Shown here piece after piece: positions 1 to 5,826 of a DNA stretch of 6,155 nucleotides. How positions within the stretch are numbered: position 1 is the first letter of the stretch; each line of letters starts with the position of its first letter. The position numbers and the translations under genes were made by a program. The notes beneath the pieces are model-generated. The model was not told the DNA's origin. It worked only from the letters and a program-made list of their open reading frames with translations, and did not search any database. The stretch comes from a virus. The stretch lies in the IMG/VR virus record IMGVR_UViG_3300020040_000007, positions 1 through 6,155 of that record; one strand, given 5' to 3'.

Positions 1-93
1 CGTTCGGGGCGGTTCTCCGAACCGCGAAATGCGTCACCTCGCCACAATGGTGTAAACAATTGAATAAAGAACGATAGAAAAATGCGCGGCCTC
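1..93. repeat. Left copy of an exact 93-bp terminal direct repeat (same as 6063..6155). This is the overlap of a circular replicon, giving a unit length of 6062 nt.
   Basis: A base-by-base comparison of 1..93 with 6063..6155 shows identity. The repeat runs to both window edges. The gene content is a single complete microvirus gene set. Confidence 0.95.
3..28. other. Imperfect hairpin in the main non-coding region. It also appears at 6065..6090, which is the same locus.
   Basis: The core stem is 9..15 GCGGTTC pairing with 19..25 GAACCGC, with a 3-nt loop. It can be extended by 3..5 TTC pairing with 26..28 GAA across a GGG bulge. It lies about 50-70 nt upstream of the first gene on the coding strand. 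Confidence 0.5.
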
Positions 94-155
94 TCCTGCA
101 GTCGTTACCAATAACCTTCAGCAATTCACGAACTCTTACAGAAGGGGTCCGCGCA
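78..155 (-). terminator. Putative end-of-operon terminator or structured element: a long-range GC-rich stem followed by a T5 tract on the coding strand.
   Basis: 83..89 TGCGCGG is the exact reverse complement of 149..155 CCGCGCA. A nested 5-bp pair joins 115..119 CCTTC with 141..145 GAAGG. On the minus strand the 3' arm is followed directly by TTTTT (A5 at 78..82 on the plus strand). The element begins 30 nt after the stop of the last gene (186). The enclosed 59 nt is long for a classical intrinsic terminator. Confidence 0.35.
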
Positions 156-185
156 CGTAGCATATATCGTCAAGTAAAGAAGGTA

Positions 186-482
186 CTATTTTTCTTCAGG
201 ATTAGAGGGTTTCGAAGAGGGCTTCGACTTATCTAACTCAGAATCAATAAGTTCCTGACCAACCTCGAGACCGTCAAACTTATCCATACGAGAGAACGAA
301 TTAGGGTCGAAATCGATTTCAGGGTTAAACTTCTCGCCCTTCTCAAAGTCGGAGGCCTCAGCTGTCACATCCGGACGACCGGGCAAAACATCGACGGTCC
401 CAGAACCATCGAGAACGGACATAATTCGCTGTCCACGAGAAACGTATTGAGGATTATCCTCCAAAAGCCAATCAAGTGCCAT
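186..482 (-). CDS. Hypothetical strongly acidic 98-aa protein, possibly a scaffolding or assembly protein.
   Basis: The first ATG is at 482, 19 nt after the capsid gene stop. The 124-aa form in the ORF track starts at a GTG (560) inside the capsid gene and is less likely. I count 22 Asp+Glu against 11 Lys+Arg. The Ser/Pro/Lys/Glu-rich C-terminal tail looks disordered. No family was recognised, and the scaffold role is inferred only from charge and context. Confidence 0.6.
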   Translation of the reverse strand: MALDWLLEDNPQYVSRGQRIMSVLDGSGTVDVLPGRPDVTAEASDFEKGEKFNPEIDFDPNSFSRMDKFDGLEVGQELIDSELDKSKPSSKPSNPEEK

Positions 483-501
483 GGGTGAAATGATTTTATT
501 A

Positions 502-2304
502 TTAACGATTGGATAAACGGGTTGCAAACGTTTTGTTAACAAGATTCTTTTTGCGCACACTGTAGCAGAGGTTCACGAAGAAATTATCCTCGATATTCGA
601 GGCAAAAGGCGAATTAACCTGCGGCATATCGACAAAAAGGAGAGACGCAACAAAGCTGGAAGGTAAGGCGGTTCCATTCAAGAGCGCCGAAGAGTAGCGC
701 TGTTGAACCCAATAGGAATAAAGGGGGATATTAGTGCTACCAGTAGTGCCGGAAAACACCGAAAGCTGTCCGAGCACCTCATCATACGAAGACCTAAATT
801 CATTGTAACACGGCTCCTTAGCTATGGAAGCGACGGAAGTAGACTGCCCAAAGACATCTGTAGAAACATCCTGATAACCGATATCGTTGTAGATAGGGTT
901 GAAATAATCGGGACCACGATAGGTCAAATAATCAGGTCTGATGCCAGCCCAATAGTATACAGGACGAATGCTAAGCATATCAATCATATAGCCAGGCTCA
1001 CGAAAATAGTACGACTGGACACGACCAAAACGATCATTGAAAGCGATACTACCGCCTTGCTGTCCAAGAGGACCATTGACGCTCGGACCAGAGAAATTAC
1101 TTTGTCCGGCTTGATTCATGACAATCTGTACATTAACAGTCTGCGAAGCACTAAAAAGGAGCTTAGGGCGGTCGACGTGCTCGATCTTCGAAGCAAAAAA
1201 CGTCTCCAACCAATCGCTGTAACGGTTGCCTCCGGCACCCAAAAGATCTTTGTACTCCTGAAGACGCGAAGCTATAGCAAGCTGAGGAATAGTCGAAACA
1301 CCAGTCATAGAGACGGCATCCGACGAACCATTAGGAATAAGTCGACTGAAGCGATCGGGATTCGAGGGGACGACAGCCATAGGATGATACTTCAAAATAC
1401 TGCGAATCAAAGGCGCCGCCGCCGTACCGGGAGCCGTAGAAAACTGGCTGGCCGGATAAGGAGATAAATCACCCGCCAAATCATCCAACAACATAACCGG
1501 ATAACCATCGCCGGCAGCGCCAGTGCCCTCTATATCCGACATAATAATCTGGCCGTAAAGAGCAGCGCGGTTATAAGAATTATTAGTCGAAGCAAGAGCC
1601 GACGGGTAAAACTGGCTCTCAAAATAAGCATCAAGATACTCGATATTACCAAAGCGTTGAGCGAAAAAGGATGATCGCGAGAGAGGTTGGGACGTGAAAG
1701 CGCCGGAACCGTCTTCCGTAATATAGGCGGATCCGGGCCAGGCGAAAGAGTAAACGCCCCACTGACTGTAGGCGTAATAATTTCGAACAATGTCCCAATA
1801 CGCCAGATAAGTATCGGCGTTAAAATAAGCAGACGAGTTGCCAGTAGCGGGAATAGACACGCGCGTAGATTCTGTGTCGGTAAGCAACCGAGAGGGCTCC
1901 GTAACGGAGACGCGAAGCCAATTGAAAAGCGAATTAGAATAACCACCGCGCTTGCTAAACATCTCAACGCCAGAAACAGCCGGAGTATTCGGGGCGGGAA
2001 TCCAATTGAAGCTGACGTTATTCATATCAAACTTACTGCTATTCGTCCTCATCTCAGGGTGATACAACTGGAGCGGTACCCAAAAGCGATGAAGGCGAAT
2101 AGTGTAGGGGTTGAACGTCGGAACAGCCAGCGGGTTGCTGCGAACGTCAATGCCTTGCTCAATGGAAACGCGATCGCGAGCGTTGATAAAATCGATTCGC
2201 ACAGGATACAAAATACCCGGCGTGCAAGTAAAGGCCTTACTCTCAGGAACATCGTAACGAGAGTAGCCGTTAACGGCATGTGAAATAAAAGGTTGTTTTC
2301 CCAT
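502..2304 (-). CDS. VP1: Microviridae major capsid protein (VP1 / F-like), 600 aa.
   Basis: This is the largest ORF. Its ATG at 2304 lies 3 nt after the Rep stop. The N-terminal segment GILYPVRIDFINARDRV...SNPLAVPTFNPYTIRLHRFWVPLQLYHPEM fits the pattern I recall for gokushovirus-type VP1 (..IP....LPGD....P..P....L..FFVP.RL.W). Its size and its synteny with an HUH Rep and a VP2-type pilot are typical of non-Bullavirinae microviruses. Confidence 0.9.
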   Translation of the reverse strand: MGKQPFISHAVNGYSRYDVPESKAFTCTPGILYPVRIDFINARDRVSIEQGIDVRSNPLAVPTFNPYTIRLHRFWVPLQLYHPEMRTNSSKFDMNNVSFNWIPAPNTPAVSGVEMFSKRGGYSNSLFNWLRVSVTEPSRLLTDTESTRVSIPATGNSSAYFNADTYLAYWDIVRNYYAYSQWGVYSFAWPGSAYITEDGSGAFTSQPLSRSSFFAQRFGNIEYLDAYFESQFYPSALASTNNSYNRAALYGQIIMSDIEGTGAAGDGYPVMLLDDLAGDLSPYPASQFSTAPGTAAAPLIRSILKYHPMAVVPSNPDRFSRLIPNGSSDAVSMTGVSTIPQLAIASRLQEYKDLLGAGGNRYSDWLETFFASKIEHVDRPKLLFSASQTVNVQIVMNQAGQSNFSGPSVNGPLGQQGGSIAFNDRFGRVQSYYFREPGYMIDMLSIRPVYYWAGIRPDYLTYRGPDYFNPIYNDIGYQDVSTDVFGQSTSVASIAKEPCYNEFRSSYDEVLGQLSVFSGTTGSTNIPLYSYWVQQRYSSALLNGTALPSSFVASLLFVDMPQVNSPFASNIEDNFFVNLCYSVRKKNLVNKTFATRLSNR

Positions 2305-2307
2305 AAA

Positions 2308-3378
2308 TTAAATAATTAGTTGGAGTTTATAATGATCTTGCCAAAATCGAACGATATCCGAGTCGAGCCAAGTAGGAGGGTCGAAATCCGGCATCTTGCG
2401 AGAGGACGCGGCAAAACGCATCATCTGTTTTTGCTCCCACGTATACGACGCTCTACGGGATACGGAGGAATGGAGGCCGAACCGCTCAACGCACAGAGAC
2501 ACAATACGCTGAACCAGAGAAGACTTGCTAAAACGTGCATAAGAGTCAGCAGCGGTAATCGAGCGAGAAATCTCGTCTTCCGATTTGAGATATTTAAGAT
2601 AGTATCGAGGAATCGCGTAGTTATAATCGACACGCTTCTCAAAATCGTAATAAGACCACGACGAAACACGAGCAGAAGGACGAGGCATGTAGCCGAGAAA
2701 ATCACCAACGCCAGAAGATACGAATTTTCGCGTATAACGGCGATGTTGGAGGAGACAAGATAAAGGTGTAACTTTTCCATCTAAAACGACATTTTGACCG
2801 GATATTTCTACAGGATCGAATTGAATTTGTTTAGTAACATATTTGACGACATATCGCGCACGTGCATGCGTGCCTTTCGCGAGCCAAACAAAACCGAGGT
2901 CACGGACGGCCGCTCGAATCTCGTTATACATGCAATTGGTTCGAAAAAGAAAACCATGGAAATGCAGACGAGGCGCCGAGCCTGTCTCCGGGTGAGTACC
3001 GAACTCTTGGAAAAACGCATGCTTAAAAGAGTGTCCGAGCGTGTGACGAACGCGCTCGTTCCATCGTCGGATAAACTTGGAAGGGTTCTGCAATGCCTCG
3101 TCGTAATACTTAGGAGCTATGGTTATCGTAATAAAAATAGCCTGCTGAGACTCGGCTTTACAACGAGCGAGCTCGCGCTCTAATCGAACGAACCAATCAT
3201 TACGCTGACGACGCAGACATTCTTCGCACTTTCCGCAAGGAACCATCAACCACTGACGGGCGACATCCCAGGGGCGGAGAGCCAAAGCAGATTTCGCGAC
3301 GTCGGATCCATCGCGACAAGGATTTTTCTTGTCGAAATAGCGACGATTGCGTATCCATATGGGCGACGAACAAGGCAT
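2308..3378 (-). CDS. VP4: Rolling-circle replication initiator of the HUH superfamily (Microviridae VP4 / protein A-like), 356 aa from the first ATG.
   Basis: Motif I is FITITI (3118..3135). The HUH motif is LHFHGFLF, with HFH at 2956..2964. The catalytic motif is YVVKYVTK (2830..2853), with two Tyr four residues apart as in phiX174 protein A. There is an N-terminal Cys cluster, MPCSSPIWIRN...VPCGKCEECLRRQRNDW. The 363-aa form in the ORF track starts at a TTG (3399). The first ATG (3378) overlaps the upstream stop as TAATG, which favours 3378. Confidence 0.9.
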   Translation of the reverse strand: MPCSSPIWIRNRRYFDKKNPCRDGSDVAKSALALRPWDVARQWLMVPCGKCEECLRRQRNDWFVRLERELARCKAESQQAIFITITIAPKYYDEALQNPSKFIRRWNERVRHTLGHSFKHAFFQEFGTHPETGSAPRLHFHGFLFRTNCMYNEIRAAVRDLGFVWLAKGTHARARYVVKYVTKQIQFDPVEISGQNVVLDGKVTPLSCLLQHRRYTRKFVSSGVGDFLGYMPRPSARVSSWSYYDFEKRVDYNYAIPRYYLKYLKSEDEISRSITAADSYARFSKSSLVQRIVSLCVERFGLHSSVSRRASYTWEQKQMMRFAASSRKMPDFDPPTWLDSDIVRFWQDHYKLQLII

Positions 3379-3701
3379 TACAAAAGACTTCTGAGGCAAT
3401 CGAACTTGATAGAGGGGTGATCAAGACGACAGCGAATGAGATAATCGTTAGCGGGCTCTTCATCGAAAAACCAGGCGATAACAACACGCTTCTTGCCTCG
3501 GTATGCTCCAATAGAAAAACGGTAGGGAATACTGTCGATCATAGGAGAAAAACGAGGGCGAAAATCAAATCTATCCATAATCAATAAATAATACTTTGCG
3601 CTTCGAAAGACGGTACTTTCGATCGCGAAAACTGTTCCGTTACGCCGCTCGACGGCCTCAACGGCCGGGACGCTTCGCGTCTTCGAGCTCCATGGCTCCA
3701 C
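3378..3701 (-). CDS. Hypothetical protein. It is 107 aa from the GTG at 3701, or 66 aa from the first ATG at 3578.
   Basis: The ORF is on the coding strand and its TAA stop overlaps the Rep ATG (TAATG at 3376..3380), suggesting translational coupling. The amino-acid composition is not dominated by Leu/Ser/Arg. No family or motif was recognised and the start is uncertain. Confidence 0.5.
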   Translation of the reverse strand: MEPWSSKTRSVPAVEAVERRNGTVFAIESTVFRSAKYYLLIMDRFDFRPRFSPMIDSIPYRFSIGAYRGKKRVVIAWFFDEEPANDYLIRCRLDHPSIKFDCLRSLL

Positions 3702-3747
3702 TTCACTATCTATATACCGGATAAATCCGGTGAGCCTACGAGCGAAA

Positions 3748-3777
3748 CCCCCAAGGAGAAAAATTCTCCCGGGGGGG
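3748..3777 (-). terminator. GC-rich stem-loop 8 nt downstream of the J-like ORF stop. It could be a partial terminator, an attenuator or an ssDNA structural element.
   Basis: CCCCC (3748..3752) pairs with the G run (3771..3777), and GGAGAA (3755..3760) pairs with TTCTCC (3764..3769) around an AAA loop. On the coding strand it is followed by only TTT (TTTCGCT), so the U-tract is weak. Confidence 0.4.
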
Positions 3778-3785
3778 CTTCACGG

Positions 3786-3860
3786 TCAGAGAACTCTTCC
3801 ACCAAGAGGGCGGGTTACGATTTTAGTTCCTCTTCCTTTCTTCTTTCGTCGTGACTTCAT
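3786..3860 (-). CDS. Possible 24-aa highly basic DNA-binding or packaging peptide (phiX174 J / gokushovirus ORF8 analogue): MKSRRKKKGRGTKIVTRPLGGRVL.
   Basis: The ATG is at 3860 and the TGA stop at 3786..3788. The peptide has 10 Lys/Arg, no acidic residues and a Gly-Gly plus hydrophobic C-terminus. It overlaps the last 38 nt of the acidic 107-aa gene in another frame. It sits between the pilot/scaffold-side genes and Rep, where I recall ORF8 lies in gokushoviruses. It is also the C-terminus of the 104-aa ORF 3786..4100, so the true start is unresolved. Confidence 0.4.
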   Translation of the reverse strand: MKSRRKKKGRGTKIVTRPLGGRVL

Positions 3861-4146
3861 CGCAATCAAGTTTAAAATCGAACATAAGGACAAGCGTATT
3901 ATCGAAAAAATCGACCAAGAAATGCGGATAAGCGGAAAGGTCAGCCAAGAGACGAGAGACAAGGCTATGGGGAACATAGGGTAGATCCGAAATAGCCGAA
4001 CGAACGAAGTGACCAAAGATAGGAGTCTCTTCGAAGATGTCCAGAGGCAACTGCGAAAACCGCCCATCCTTAAGATAACCGACCTGGGCAAGGTCGACAT
4101 CGAGAGCCGGATTAACGCGGCGAAGAACGATATGAATTTGTGTCAT
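3823..4146 (-). CDS. Hypothetical acidic 107-aa protein. It occupies the positional slot of gokushovirus VP3 (internal scaffold), but no motif supports that role.
   Basis: The first ATG is at 4146, 11 nt after the upstream TAA. The 157-aa form in the ORF track starts at a TTG (4296) inside the previous gene. I count 16 Asp+Glu against 11 Lys+Arg. The composition looks protein-like (D, F, V, L, P), unlike the overlapping frame. Confidence 0.6.
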   Translation of the reverse strand: MTQIHIVLRRVNPALDVDLAQVGYLKDGRFSQLPLDIFEETPIFGHFVRSAISDLPYVPHSLVSRLLADLSAYPHFLVDFFDNTLVLMFDFKLDCDEVTTKEERKRN

Positions 4147-4157
4147 AACAATGTAAT

Positions 4158-4478
4158 TTAGAGTTTCGATTGAAATTTGAGGTAGAATCGCTCCCAAGCG
4201 ACAGAATGCTTTCTCCAAAAATCGGCACCCTCGGGCGTCGAGGTGAACAAAAAAGCAGTAGAAATGAGGTAGGAGGGATCTAAACTCGGGCTGCAAAGAG
4301 AACGCCGAATATGAGCGCGCAAGGCGAGGCGAAAACCACCGTAGGGTGAAACGGCGGCATCGTAATTCGTTTTAAAAGCGGTGAATATTTCTCGACGAAC
4401 GAGCCATTCGGTAAAAGCATACTCGAGAACGTCAACGATCAAATCGCCGTCTTTGAAATTTTTACTTTCCTTTTTCAT
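4158..4478 (-). CDS. Hypothetical 106-aa protein.
   Basis: The ATG is at 4478, 81 nt downstream of the VP2 stop, and the TAA stop is at 4158..4160. It is on the coding strand and tightly followed by the next gene. It carries an aromatic-rich C-terminal motif, FTSTPEGADFWRKHSVAWERFY. No family was confidently recognised. Confidence 0.6.
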   Translation of the reverse strand: MKKESKNFKDGDLIVDVLEYAFTEWLVRREIFTAFKTNYDAAVSPYGGFRLALRAHIRRSLCSPSLDPSYLISTAFLFTSTPEGADFWRKHSVAWERFYLKFQSKL

Positions 4479-4559
4479 AATATTGCGGTTATTGGTTTAC
4501 GACACAAAGATACGGCAGAAAAAAGCAAACATAAAAGTTCGAAAGGTTGGAAGAATTGT

Positions 4560-5825
4560 TCATCTTCTCTCAAGATAATTACGACGAACGAGCGTGCCGC
4601 CCATCCTGTCGCCCGAAGGGCCGTAAAATTCCCGCATTTCCTCGTAACCTTCAGGGCCAGCGGGGCCTGCAGCCTTGCGGCCGACATACGAGGCGCCAGC
4701 AATGCCGGCAGCGGCAGCGAAAGAGCGAACGACGTCGTGAGCAAGACGAAGTCGGGAGTTACGCAAATCCCAACGAGCATTACCTGTTTCAAGCTGGGCA
4801 GTCTCGGCGGCGGCAGTCTTCAGGATAGCCAGAGTTTCGGCCACCTTCATCGTCTTCGTCTCAACGACTTCACCCTTCTCATTGCGTATCTGAACAGGAA
4901 CTTCTTTTTCCCAATTTAGTTCGTACCACTTCTGCAAATCCTTGAGCTCCTGAGAGTTGAGAGCCGTACGGGAATCAGATTCAGCAGCGGAGGCCATATT
5001 GGCAACGGCCGAACTCCAGGCAACGGCAAGGGTAGCACCGGCTTGGGGCGCAAACCAATAATTAGACTGGCGGAGGAGATTGTATTTTTCCTCCAAAATT
5101 CCCGTCATGGCCATAATAGAAGAGAGTTTGTAGCCCTGAGTGATATCGGCTAAATAGGCCTCGATCGACATAATCTGAGCCTGCGCCTCGTGTAAATTCG
5201 CGATTTCACGGGCATCCTTGACATTGTGTTGGGCAATCTGCAGCTCGAAATTGTCCATCTGCTCTCGCCACTCTTGCGTATGAGTGTTGCCTCGAAGATT
5301 GGCAGCTTCCGCATCGTCTCGGTTAGCAGCGGCAGTATTGCGATCGACCGTAGATCGCGCGACCATATTCTGCGCAATAGCAGTAGGATCGGAAGAGAAC
5401 GCACCGGGAGCAACGGGCGCGCCACCCGAAGGACCAGAGGCGGAGGGCATAGAAGCAGAACCGCCAGACATCGTAGCGTTGACGCCGACACCGGAAGAGC
5501 CGAGTACGGCAGCAGGAGCAACACCGGCCTTCAGGTAGCGATCGAAGACCTTCGAGGGATCGTTGTAAGCATTCTCATAATCAAACTGTTTCTGCCAGTT
5601 AGCGTAGGAAAGTTCAGACTGCTTCTGCATCTGCTCGAGGGCATACTGCTGCTGAAGCTTCATCTGTTTTTGCTGAAATCTCCACTGGCGGCGAGCGTTC
5701 ATGCCACCAAAAAGCTGACCTAAAAAGCCATTAATCAGACCGGTAGTGCCGGTAGAGGCGGCAGATTCTCCAAGAGCGCGACCAAAAGAGGAGGAAGCGA
5801 CGGCACCAGCAACAGGTACAGACAT
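4560..5825 (-). CDS. VP2: Microviridae minor capsid / DNA pilot protein (VP2, functional analogue of phiX174 H), 421 aa.
   Basis: A Gly/Ala/Ser-rich N-terminus is followed by a Gln-rich helical segment (RRQWRFQQKQMKLQQQYALEQMQKQ). Next comes ENAYNDPSKVFDRYLKAGVAPAAVLG (5499..5576), which fits the motif I recall as conserved in VP2 (YN.P..q..R...AGlNP.l..G). After that is a G/S/A/P low-complexity linker and a long, probably coiled-coil, C-terminal half. The position and size are typical of VP2. Confidence 0.8.
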   Translation of the reverse strand: MSVPVAGAVASSSFGRALGESAASTGTTGLINGFLGQLFGGMNARRQWRFQQKQMKLQQQYALEQMQKQSELSYANWQKQFDYENAYNDPSKVFDRYLKAGVAPAAVLGSSGVGVNATMSGGSASMPSASGPSGGAPVAPGAFSSDPTAIAQNMVARSTVDRNTAAANRDDAEAANLRGNTHTQEWREQMDNFELQIAQHNVKDAREIANLHEAQAQIMSIEAYLADITQGYKLSSIMAMTGILEEKYNLLRQSNYWFAPQAGATLAVAWSSAVANMASAAESDSRTALNSQELKDLQKWYELNWEKEVPVQIRNEKGEVVETKTMKVAETLAILKTAAAETAQLETGNARWDLRNSRLRLAHDVVRSFAAAAGIAGASYVGRKAAGPAGPEGYEEMREFYGPSGDRMGGTLVRRNYLERR

Positions 5826-5826
5826 A

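Noticed and set aside
1-93. The terminal 93-bp direct repeat read as a biological element (LTR, IS end, att site or DTR packaging repeat).
   Set aside because: It runs exactly to both window edges, and the enclosed sequence is one complete microvirus gene set. Microviridae have covalently closed circular ssDNA genomes without terminal repeats. An assembly or linearisation overlap is the simple explanation.
186-560. The longer ORF-track versions of three genes: 186..560 (124 aa), 3823..4296 (157 aa) and 2308..3399 (363 aa).
   Set aside because: Each starts at a GTG or TTG located inside, or overlapping, the upstream gene. In each case a downstream ATG sits just after the upstream stop, or overlaps it, giving a compact non-overlapping layout. 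The shorter forms are preferred.
703-1467. Plus-strand ORFs listed in the track: 703..1467, 1687..2283, 2320..2763, 2794..3183, 3730..3984, 4381..4578, 4547..4828, 4737..4919, 5226..5723 and 5284..5538.
   Set aside because: Almost all of them lie antisense to recognisable or well-supported minus-strand genes, and one also runs through the VP2/ORFan spacer. Their translations are Arg/Ser/Leu-rich or low-complexity, and several start at non-ATG codons (for example GTG at 3730). Microviruses transcribe one strand only, so these are treated as shadow ORFs.
1530-1967. Minus-strand alternative-frame ORFs inside the capsid, Rep and VP2 genes: 1530..1967, 2049..2279, 2421..2780, 2808..3020, 3200..3511, 4475..4792 and 5150..5524.
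   Set aside because: Their Leu/Ser/Arg/Pro-heavy composition is typical of off-frame translation. The two starts I checked are TTG (3511 and 4792). No motif or architecture was recognisable. Overprinting does occur in this family, so they cannot be formally excluded. Unlike 3786..4100, none has an ATG start combined with a suggestive TM-plus-basic-tail layout.
2305-2330. An AT-rich stretch at the Rep/capsid junction on the coding strand (CAACTAATTATTTAAT), loosely resembling the phiX174 origin core (CAACTTGATATTAATAAC, recalled from memory).
   Set aside because: Only about 10 of 18 positions match, and both sequences are AT-rich. That is not distinguishable from chance by eye. Kept only as a candidate for a Rep nicking assay.
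4479-4559. The 81-nt spacer between VP2 and the 106-aa gene, which contains an 11-codon mini-ORF (MFAFFCRIFVS) on the coding strand.
   Set aside because: The mini-ORF is too short and featureless to support as a gene, and I found no convincing hairpin or repeat there. It may simply be a leader for the next gene.
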